From assembly GCA_945903645.1 (NCBI GenBank), contig CAMDOM010000005.1, forward strand, positions 30,493 through 94,492: 64,000 nt of DNA, given 5' to 3'. Source of the stretch: Chryseobacterium gleum (GTDB taxonomy: Bacteria; Bacteroidota; Bacteroidia; UBA10329). Under the pieces are notes generated by a model. That model had not been told where the DNA came from, searched no databases, and worked only from the letters and a program-made list of their open reading frames with translations. The position numbers were made by a program, and so were the translations under genes. This document shows, piece by piece, positions 28,262 through 35,900 of this stretch (position 1 is the stretch's first letter; each line of letters begins with the position of its first letter).

Positions 28262-30481
28262 ATGAAAAAAGTAAGCGCGTTTTTGGGTTCAATTCTGGTA
28301 GGCTCTATGGCTCATGGCCAAGCGTTGCTGCCAGCCTCTTGGAATTTTGATGATTTAACCCCCACTGGCTGGACCGAGAGTTTGGACAACGTGCCGGGCA
28401 ACACCCGCTACACCACAGGCCAAGTGAATGCCGCTTGTAAGTTAGATGGCGATGATGAATATGTGGAGGTTTTCTTTAATGACGTGTGTGGTGGAGTTAC
28501 CTATTACATCAAAGGCCAAGGAACTGCCATTACCAACGACATTTTTACCATTGAGCAATCGACCAATGGCACCACGTGGACTACCATGCGCGAGCTTGTA
28601 GGTAGCCAAATTGACAATAACGCCTACGTGCAATACACCGATGTTCCTGCGGCTGGCTCACGCTACATCCGTTGGTATTTTACAGAGAAGCAAAGCGGTA
28701 GAAATGTGGCATTGGATGAGATAAGTCTCACATCGCAAGTGCCCACCAATGCCCAAGAAATTGCTGTAAATGCAAGTGGAGCTTCAGTAGTAAATGGCTC
28801 AACCCTTCTTGTGGGCAATGCCGCTACTACGCCAATGAGTATAATTAATGTAAACCTTGCAGCGGGTAGCAGTTTGAACATTTCTAGCCTTCAAATTACA
28901 GGGCCAAATGCAAGTGAATTCACCCTTAGTGGCATTTCTGCGCCTGCTGTTGTTTCTCCTGCATCTAATGTTGCCTTCACACTCAACTTTAGCACAGCTG
29001 CGCAAGGCTCGCGTTTTGCCACCCTTACCATTGGCAACAATGATGCAAATGGCGATGAGTCGACCTACGTAATAAACCTATATGGCATAGGTGGTAACTA
29101 TGCTACAGAGCCAACTGCTCAACCCAGCAACGTTACGTTTACCAACGTTACATCTTACGGATATGACGCTTCCTTTAGCGCAGCCAACCCTAGTGCCGAA
29201 AAGTATATTGTGCTGAGAGGAATAAACACTACCACATTGGCGCAACCCCAAGATGGCATGACCTACGTGAAAGGCGATTACCTTGACGCATCTACCCAAG
29301 TGGTTTACGTGGGTGCTGCTGGCAGCTTCCGTCCTTCCTACAATGTGGCAAGCACTGCCTACACCTTTAATGCATATTCCTTCAATGGCGAAGGCGGCTA
29401 CGAAAACTACCTTACCTCTGGACAAGCCATTTCTACAGCCAATACCTTGGGCAACATGATGGGCGGCTACTACGCTGGTGTTAATCCGAGCTCAGGCACC
29501 TTTTTGGCCGATTTGCAAGACCGCATAAACAGCCCTTACGACCAAACGTTTTACAGCAACTACGCTCCAATCGTAATCAATAAATTCGCTTCGCGCGATA
29601 CTACTGGTGGGCAAAAAGTAGTTACGGATGTGTATTCAGGTTATAAACACATCTACACTGGAGCTTTCTTTTGGGATGTGTTGAGTCGCGAGCATTCTTG
29701 GCCGCATAGCTGGATGCCTACCTTCCCAGACCAAGAAGGATTGGAATATTCCGATTTATTCAACCTATTCCCCGTGCATCAAAACAATGCCAACGCTGTG
29801 CGCAGCAATCGCCCATTGGGTGAGGTGGTAGATGTAACCAGCACATTCTTAGATGCAACCTATGGGCTGGATGCCAGCGGAAAAATTGTGTATGAACCCC
29901 GCGACCAACACAAAGGCGATGCCGCCCGTGCTATATTCTACATGGCTGTGAAATGGAACGGAACTGGTGGCACATGGGAATTGCCAAATCCAATCGACTT
30001 CCTAGTGCAATACGGCCAAGATCAAGAGGTATTGAAAGCATGGCATTGGCAAGATCCACCATCAGATTGGGAAATTGCCCGCAACGATTTTATTCAATCC
30101 GAGCAAGGCAATCGCAACCCGTTTGTGGATAGCGTAAACTGGGTATGCTACATCGACTTCGAAACCCTAACCTACACTGCCCAACCAAACGGACCATGCG
30201 AGGCAACGTCTATCAATGAAGTCGCGCTATTGGGAAGCCTTTCCATTGCACCAAACCCAACTGCGGGCGATGTAACAATAACCCTCGACCTCAAACAATC
30301 GGAGTTATTGCAAGTAGACGTGCTAGACTTGGCTGGCAAGCGTGTGTTTAGCGCAGCAGTAAATGCTCCACAAGGCACATCGCGCCACACCGTGGATGTT
30401 GCTTCGTTGAGCACCGGCATCTATATGATGCAAGTAAAAGGCGCAGCCGCCCAACTCACCCAAAAGTTGGTAGTGCGCTAA
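28262..30481 (+). CDS. Secreted multidomain endonuclease I family nuclease with a T9SS type A sorting domain.
   Basis: Endonuclease_1 hallmarks are SREHSWPHSW, NLFPVHQNNANAVRSNRPLG and EPRDQHKGDAARAIFYM. The N-terminal half contains lectin/discoidin-like, choice-of-anchor-D-like and FN3-like segments. The C-terminal tail is LSIAPNPTAGDVTITLD...GIYMMQVK...KLVVR. Confidence 0.8.
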   Translation: MKKVSAFLGSILVGSMAHGQALLPASWNFDDLTPTGWTESLDNVPGNTRYTTGQVNAACKLDGDDEYVEVFFNDVCGGVTYYIKGQGTAITNDIFTIEQSTNGTTWTTMRELVGSQIDNNAYVQYTDVPAAGSRYIRWYFTEKQSGRNVALDEISLTSQVPTNAQEIAVNASGASVVNGSTLLVGNAATTPMSIINVNLAAGSSLNISSLQITGPNASEFTLSGISAPAVVSPASNVAFTLNFSTAAQGSRFATLTIGNNDANGDESTYVINLYGIGGNYATEPTAQPSNVTFTNVTSYGYDASFSAANPSAEKYIVLRGINTTTLAQPQDGMTYVKGDYLDASTQVVYVGAAGSFRPSYNVASTAYTFNAYSFNGEGGYENYLTSGQAISTANTLGNMMGGYYAGVNPSSGTFLADLQDRINSPYDQTFYSNYAPIVINKFASRDTTGGQKVVTDVYSGYKHIYTGAFFWDVLSREHSWPHSWMPTFPDQEGLEYSDLFNLFPVHQNNANAVRSNRPLGEVVDVTSTFLDATYGLDASGKIVYEPRDQHKGDAARAIFYMAVKWNGTGGTWELPNPIDFLVQYGQDQEVLKAWHWQDPPSDWEIARNDFIQSEQGNRNPFVDSVNWVCYIDFETLTYTAQPNGPCEATSINEVALLGSLSIAPNPTAGDVTITLDLKQSELLQVDVLDLAGKRVFSAAVNAPQGTSRHTVDVASLSTGIYMMQVKGAAAQLTQKLVVR

Positions 30482-30501
30482 TTCAATCCTATACTATCTC
30501 C

Positions 30502-30541
30502 AAAAAAGGGGCATTCGCACAGCGGATGCCCCCTTTTTTTT
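30502..30541 (+). terminator. Rho-independent terminator after the nuclease gene.
   Basis: GGGGCAT (30508-30514) pairs with ATGCCCC (30526-30532) and is followed by a T8-9 run. Confidence 0.8.
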
Positions 30542-30603
30542 GCTCCGAGAACTAACGAATAGGATGAACTAATCAAAGAATTCTATTATCACAAACGCCT
30601 CGT

Positions 30604-30681
30604 CAATCAGAGATCCTCAATCGATAATCCTCAATCGCCAATCAGCACTAATTCGTAATTCCTTATTCGTAATTCGTAATT
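30604..30681. repeat. Cluster of short degenerate tandem repeats in intergenic DNA.
   Basis: ATCCTCAATCG occurs twice (30613-30623 and 30627-30637), CAATCAG occurs twice, and ATTCGTAATT occurs three times (30651-30681, partly overlapping). Confidence 0.6.
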
Positions 30682-30701
30682 CATAGTTCTACCTTTGCTC
30701 C

Positions 30702-31856
30702 ATGCGATTTCCGGGAGTTATACGTTCTAAACTGCCTAACGTTGGCACCACCATTTTCACCGTAATGAGCGGCCTAGCCCGCGAGCATGGCGCCATAAAC
30801 CTCTCGCAAGGCTTTCCTGATTTTAGTATTCCTGAGGGCTTACGCAATTTGGTGTCAGAGCACATGCATCTTGGCCACAACCAATACGCACCCATGCAAG
30901 GCGTGTTGGCATTGCGCGAGGCCATTGCCCAAAAGGTAGAAGAACTCTACTCTGCCACCTACGACCCGCAAGAGGAAATAACCATTACTGCCGGGGCAAC
31001 CCAAGCCATTTTCACCGCCATTATGGCCCTAGTGCGAGAGGGCGATGAAGTAATAGTTCTAGAGCCCGCCTACGATTGCTATGTGCCAGCGATTGAACTC
31101 GCTGGGGGCAAAGCTGTTTATGTGCATATGGAACTTACAGGTCCGTTGGTAGATTGGGAACGTGTAAAGCGCCTCATCAATCAGCGCACCCGCATGATTA
31201 TTATCAACACGCCCAACAATCCAACCGGTAGAATTCTTACCGCGCAGGATATGGCCAAATTGCAAAAGCTTACCGAAGGAACAGAGATTATCATTCTCAG
31301 CGATGAGGTGTACGAACACATGCTATTTGATGGATACGAGCATCAAAGCGTGGCGCGTTTCCCTAAGCTAGCCGAGCGGTCGGTGGTGGTTAGTTCATTT
31401 GGCAAAACCTATCATTGCACAGGGTGGAAGGTAGGTTATGTGCTGGCCCCCAAGGAACTGATGAAAGAGTTTCGCAGAACCCATCAGTTCAATGTCTTTT
31501 GTGTCAATACACCAGTGCAGCACGCTTTGGCCGAATATCTTAGCGACAAGGCGCATTATTTGCAATTGGGGGCGTTCTACAAACAAAAGCGCGATTATTT
31601 CTTGGACAAGTTGCAAGGCTCGCGGTTCAAGATAAAACCCAGCGAAGGCACCTACTTCCAATTGCTAGATTATTCCAATATCTCCAACGAAAAGGATACC
31701 GATTTTGCAGTGCGACTTACCAAAGAAGCAGGCGTGGCAAGCATTCCTTTGTCGGTGTTTTACCATAAGCCAACCGAAGGCCATTATTTGAGGTTTTGTT
31801 TTGCCAAAGAAGACGAAACACTCGAACGCGCTGCTCAAATATTATCTCGCCTATGA
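30702..31856 (+). CDS. Class I/II PLP-dependent aminotransferase, YbdL-like (methionine/glutamine transaminase type).
   Basis: The N-terminus SKLPNVGTTIFTVMSGLAREHGAINLSQGFPDF matches the YbdL type. NTPNNPTG is present, and SFGKTYHCTGWKVGY contains the PLP lysine. Confidence 0.8.
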   Translation: MRFPGVIRSKLPNVGTTIFTVMSGLAREHGAINLSQGFPDFSIPEGLRNLVSEHMHLGHNQYAPMQGVLALREAIAQKVEELYSATYDPQEEITITAGATQAIFTAIMALVREGDEVIVLEPAYDCYVPAIELAGGKAVYVHMELTGPLVDWERVKRLINQRTRMIIINTPNNPTGRILTAQDMAKLQKLTEGTEIIILSDEVYEHMLFDGYEHQSVARFPKLAERSVVVSSFGKTYHCTGWKVGYVLAPKELMKEFRRTHQFNVFCVNTPVQHALAEYLSDKAHYLQLGAFYKQKRDYFLDKLQGSRFKIKPSEGTYFQLLDYSNISNEKDTDFAVRLTKEAGVASIPLSVFYHKPTEGHYLRFCFAKEDETLERAAQILSRL

Positions 31857-32650
31857 ATCCGTTGCGCATCACCATTTGCCAACAATCGCTACTTTGGGAA
31901 CAACCACAAGCGAATTTAGACCATTGGACAAGCGTGCTTTCTGCGCTTAAAGGAAAAACGGACCTCATTGTTTTGCCCGAGGTGTTTACCACTGGATTTA
32001 CTATGAATGTGTCTGCCTTTGCCGAGTCTATGCATGGCCCAACAATCGCTTGGATGCGCGAAATGGCGCAGGAACTTCAGGCCACAATTACGGGTAGTTT
32101 TATTTGCGAAGTACCAGCCATAGAGTCTAGCAACTATTTCAATCGGTTGGTTTGGATGAATCCAGATGGTAGTCATTACCATTACGACAAACGACATCTG
32201 TTCAGTTTTGCAGGAGAGCACTTTCATTTTTCAGCTGGCGATGCGCGTCTTATCGTAGAACTGAAAGGTTGGCGAATTTGCCCGCTCATCTGCTACGACC
32301 TTCGTTTTCCAGTATGGAGCAGAAACAATGCGAATTCTCCCTACGACTTGTTGCTTTATGTGGCCAACTGGCCCGAAGCGCGCGCAGCAGCTTGGAACAC
32401 ATTGCTCTCCGCCCGAGCGCACGAAAATCAATGCTATGTAGCAGGTGTAAACCGCATTGGGCTCGATGGAACAGGAATTCCCTACAGTGGCGATAGTAAA
32501 GTGATTGACCCACGAGGCGCCTTGCTGGCCGCCATTCCCGCGCATCAAGCGGGCATAGAAACCGTTATATTGGATGGTAACGACCTAATAGACTATCGCC
32601 AGAAGTTTCGTGTGTTGGAAGATGCCGATAGATTTACATTGAACAATTGA
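31853..32650 (+). CDS. Carbon-nitrogen hydrolase family amidohydrolase, omega-amidase / YafV-like.
   Basis: I prefer the ATG at 31853, which forms an ATGA overlap with the aminotransferase stop. The Glu-Lys-Cys triad context is LPEVFTTG, YDKRHLF and CYDLRFP. Confidence 0.75.
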   Translation: MNPLRITICQQSLLWEQPQANLDHWTSVLSALKGKTDLIVLPEVFTTGFTMNVSAFAESMHGPTIAWMREMAQELQATITGSFICEVPAIESSNYFNRLVWMNPDGSHYHYDKRHLFSFAGEHFHFSAGDARLIVELKGWRICPLICYDLRFPVWSRNNANSPYDLLLYVANWPEARAAAWNTLLSARAHENQCYVAGVNRIGLDGTGIPYSGDSKVIDPRGALLAAIPAHQAGIETVILDGNDLIDYRQKFRVLEDADRFTLNN

Positions 32651-33261
32651 TGGGAAAACGTTTCGCCCAAATGCTCTCGGTTGTATTTCAGCCGTTGTTC
32701 ATTCCATTGTATTCCATTTTTCTGTTGTTCAATTCCAATACGTTCATCACCTATGCCGTTTCAGAAGAGGTGCAACACTTTATTTATGCTGTTGTAGCCA
32801 TCAATTCTATTGTGCTGCCTATGGCGGTGTTTATGTTTCTGTTAAAACGAGGGGTCATTCAAAGCTTGCACATGCATACTTCCCAAGAGCGTTCGTTGCC
32901 GTTCTTATCAGTCATGGCATTTCAAATATCCACGTTCTATTTGTTTCATAAAGTTCCAGTTCCTGCTATTATTCCAAACCTTGTTTTGGGCGGAGTGGTG
33001 AGCATCGCAATGGCGCTTTTCATCAATTTCAAATGGAAAATTAGCATTCACATGCTAGGCATGGGCGGACTTGTGGGCACTTTTCTTGGGCTAGCATTGC
33101 GCTACCAAGTAGATGCCTTGCAGTTGGTTTCGGCCCTAGTGCTGTTAAGCGGTTTGGTGGGTTATGCTCGCCTTCGCCTCAATGCTCATACTCCAGCACA
33201 AGTGTATGCTGGGTTTTTGTCAGGAGTAGCGCTACTCACAGCTGTTGTGGTGGTGTTTTAA
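32650..33261 (+). CDS. Polytopic membrane protein, possibly a PAP2-like phosphatase.
   Basis: About 6 TM helices. KISIHMLGMGG and GYARLRLNAHTPAQVYAG resemble the PAP2 C2/C3 motifs. The ATG at 32650 overlaps the stop codon of the preceding gene. Confidence 0.45.
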   Translation: MGKRFAQMLSVVFQPLFIPLYSIFLLFNSNTFITYAVSEEVQHFIYAVVAINSIVLPMAVFMFLLKRGVIQSLHMHTSQERSLPFLSVMAFQISTFYLFHKVPVPAIIPNLVLGGVVSIAMALFINFKWKISIHMLGMGGLVGTFLGLALRYQVDALQLVSALVLLSGLVGYARLRLNAHTPAQVYAGFLSGVALLTAVVVVF

Positions 33262-33324
33262 TCCGCTTAGCATAATTTCAATCGTTAGCTCGCATCATCT
33301 ATTTTTGTTGCTCATAGAAATCAC

Positions 33325-33633
33325 ATGGAGATTACAGATAAAACCGTTGATGAACTTGCCCACTTGGCGCGCTTGCAGTTTGAAGGTGCCGAAAAGGAAC
33401 GTATCAAAAAAGATTTGAATCGTATCCTTGGTTTCATGGAAAAACTCAACGAATTGGACACTGAGGGCGTGGAACCACTCATTTATTTGTCGGAAGAAGT
33501 AAATGTGATGCGCTATGATGAGTCGCACCAAACCATTACGCAAAATCAAGCTCTCAAAAATGCACCGAAGCGCGATAGCGATTACTTCAAAGTGCCGAAG
33601 GTGTTGAAAAACCCCTCAGAAGGCAAAGAGTAG
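33325..33633 (+). CDS. gatC: Asp-tRNA(Asn)/Glu-tRNA(Gln) amidotransferase subunit C.
   Basis: 102 aa. VDELAHLARLQFEGAEKERIKKDLNRILGFMEKLNELDTEGVEPL is typical of GatC. Confidence 0.85.
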   Translation: MEITDKTVDELAHLARLQFEGAEKERIKKDLNRILGFMEKLNELDTEGVEPLIYLSEEVNVMRYDESHQTITQNQALKNAPKRDSDYFKVPKVLKNPSEGKE

Positions 33634-33671
33634 TAAATTGGATTTCGGAAATAGACTAAAATTCCCCTAAT

Positions 33672-34796
33672 TTATCTCCCTACAGATAACCGATTAGCAA
33701 AATATCTACAAAAACTAAAAAGTAGTTCGTTAGCAATTTGAGGATTATCCTTTTTTAAGTCATCAAGAAATTTCCTACGAATAATAAGTACTTTTCCTCG
33801 TGTAACAGAATAGACATCAGAAGTTCTTTTTTGAGAGTCTAAAAAAATAGAAAGTTCACCAAACATATCGCCTTTTTCTAAAAGAGTAACTTGAAAATCT
33901 TTTTTTACTTCTTCGAAAATCCCTTCAAGTATAACCGCTATCTCTTCTTCTACTAAATCATCCCGAAATATTTTTTTGCGCGGTGGTACCTGAATAATTA
34001 AACCATAATTTGTAATCACATCCAATGCCTCTTTGGATAAATTATTTAAAAAAGAATAGGTTATTGACTGTTCTGATATTTTTTCCTGAAGCTGTTGCCA
34101 GATAATATCTTTATTAATTACAAATTTATTATCCTGTTTAATAATAGTTCGTACTAATGAAATATCATCTATTCCCGTATTTTTATAATAGGTTTTAGCC
34201 TGGCTAACTAGTGGAGAATTTTCTTTGATCAGGTATTCGTAGTCAGAACAGATAAACATCATTGGAATTCTTACGCCATCAGAAGTGAAAATTAAATTAC
34301 CTGCATAAGGTCTGAATCCCAGTTTGCGATAGTGATTCACGAGCCCGGGCGAACAATACTGAAAGCTATACTTAACTTTAGACTGATAGGCATAATCATA
34401 GCTTGTTTTTACTAAAGCAGGGAGAATAAGCAAACCGCGGAACTTCCTGGAAATAATTAATCGTCCAACTTCGCAAAGGAGTAATTCGGGAGTAAAAGGG
34501 AATAATTTAAGAGAGAAACGCTCTTTTAGCTGTTCTGAAGCATCTCCAAAACGAAAAGTATCAACACGCATACTACCTGAAATTTCTTCGCCCGACTTTG
34601 TATATAAAATAGCAGAATCTAGCGAATCATCTTCCGGATCTTTGATCCATTTTTTTATATGGTCAACATTAGTTGGATTTGCCTTGTTAAGTTCTGTAAC
34701 ATACACCTGGTAACGTAAGCGATATATTTTTTCTTTTTCTTGAGGGGTACGTGCAAAATATACTTTTTCGAAACGCGTAAGTAAATCTAATAACAT
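33672..34796 (-). CDS. Fusion protein. An N-terminal GNAT-fold N-acyltransferase of the N-acyl amino acid synthase / FeeM-like type is joined to a C-terminal cyclic-nucleotide-binding domain.
   Basis: The N-terminal ~190 aa contain YRLRYQVYVTEL, CEVGRLIISRKFRG and HYRKLGFRPY. The C-terminal ~130 aa contain the phosphate-binding cassette GDMFGELSIF...RTSDVYSV and the following helix. Local G+C is about 30%. Confidence 0.6.
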   Translation of the reverse strand: MLLDLLTRFEKVYFARTPQEKEKIYRLRYQVYVTELNKANPTNVDHIKKWIKDPEDDSLDSAILYTKSGEEISGSMRVDTFRFGDASEQLKERFSLKLFPFTPELLLCEVGRLIISRKFRGLLILPALVKTSYDYAYQSKVKYSFQYCSPGLVNHYRKLGFRPYAGNLIFTSDGVRIPMMFICSDYEYLIKENSPLVSQAKTYYKNTGIDDISLVRTIIKQDNKFVINKDIIWQQLQEKISEQSITYSFLNNLSKEALDVITNYGLIIQVPPRKKIFRDDLVEEEIAVILEGIFEEVKKDFQVTLLEKGDMFGELSIFLDSQKRTSDVYSVTRGKVLIIRRKFLDDLKKDNPQIANELLFSFCRYFANRLSVGR

Positions 34797-34805
34797 AAGT
34801 GTTAT

Positions 34806-35618
34806 TTAAACAATTCCCGTTACAGCAAAAACACTTACGAAAACAAATGGTTCAGTTTTTTGAGCGTTACAAAAAGTATCAATTTCATTAATGAGCTGGT
34901 TCGCTTCTGATGTGCCAACAATCATGGCTTTGAAGCGGGTTGTAATGTTTATGTAATCTGCTAGTTTAAAATCAAGAGAAGAAAGAGGAAGTACTTTAAA
35001 ATCAACTTTGCTAAATCCTGCCTGTTGCATTAATGATGGAAGTTTTCTACCAATATAACGATCTCCACCATATTTCATTTGTGCTTCGCAAGCCAATTGA
35101 TTTAATTTTTCGAATGCGGGGCAAGCTGGCTCAATCAATTGCATACCAGCATCTACATCAAGCACCGTTACCATTCCTCCTTTTTTACAAACTCTATTAG
35201 CTTCCTGTAATGCTTTTAATGGATTATTCAGATGTTGATAAATCAATCTGTTATAGATAAAATCATATGTGTTATTCTGGAAAGGCAATTCATAAGCACT
35301 TCCTTCAAAAAAAGAAAGATTAGAATGATGAGGTTTTACGAGTTTATCGGCCGCTTCAAGTAATTCTTTACTTGCATCCAAGCCATGCGCAGTGCCTTTT
35401 GGGACCAAGTCTCCAAGAATCCCGGTAACGAATCCCGGTCCGCATCCAATCTCAAGTACTGAGGCATTCTCGGGTAACTGCAAGGAGTCAATGAAATTTA
35501 TTTCCTGTTCTTTTGCAATGGTGGCCTGAGTATATAGTCTTTTTAATTCTTTTTCGCGGCCCTGTTCACTAAACATATCAAAATCGTATGAATAGCCTTG
35601 TTTGGTCATTTCACTCAT
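34806..35618 (-). CDS. Class I SAM-dependent methyltransferase.
   Basis: Motif I is VLEIGCGPGFVTG, followed by the acidic post-I residue (GLDAS) and post-II/III segments (YDFIYNRL, KKGGMV). It lies 9 nt upstream of the acyltransferase fusion gene and is A+T-rich. Confidence 0.8.
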   Translation of the reverse strand: MSEMTKQGYSYDFDMFSEQGREKELKRLYTQATIAKEQEINFIDSLQLPENASVLEIGCGPGFVTGILGDLVPKGTAHGLDASKELLEAADKLVKPHHSNLSFFEGSAYELPFQNNTYDFIYNRLIYQHLNNPLKALQEANRVCKKGGMVTVLDVDAGMQLIEPACPAFEKLNQLACEAQMKYGGDRYIGRKLPSLMQQAGFSKVDFKVLPLSSLDFKLADYINITTRFKAMIVGTSEANQLINEIDTFCNAQKTEPFVFVSVFAVTGIV

Positions 35619-35900
35619 AGCTCTATCTTTTCAGAAATTAATTTCTTCAGATATAATAATTGAAACTATTATTATATTATTTGTCAATAATAACAATATT
35701 TTTCAGATAAAGCGCTTGTTTAAATTTCATCCGAAAATTATTCTATAAGTCAATAATCACAGAAGAATTAAAAAATGATGATGAAACGTCCATTTATATT
35801 TAATGTCACCCCGATTGACACTTCTGCGTACTATTAAAAATTTAACGCAGCAGAATATGGCAGAAAAAATAAAAAAATCATTAGTTTCTAAACGAAAATC

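Noticed and set aside
24353-30541. A tRNA-Leu-associated genomic island containing the nuclease operon.
   Set aside because: No integrase is present, I noticed no direct repeat of the tRNA 3' end downstream, and the composition is not visibly different from the surrounding genes.
30604-30681. A possible CRISPR array or minisatellite.
   Set aside because: Repeat units are only 7-11 nt, degenerate and contiguous, with no spacers, and no cas genes are present in the window.
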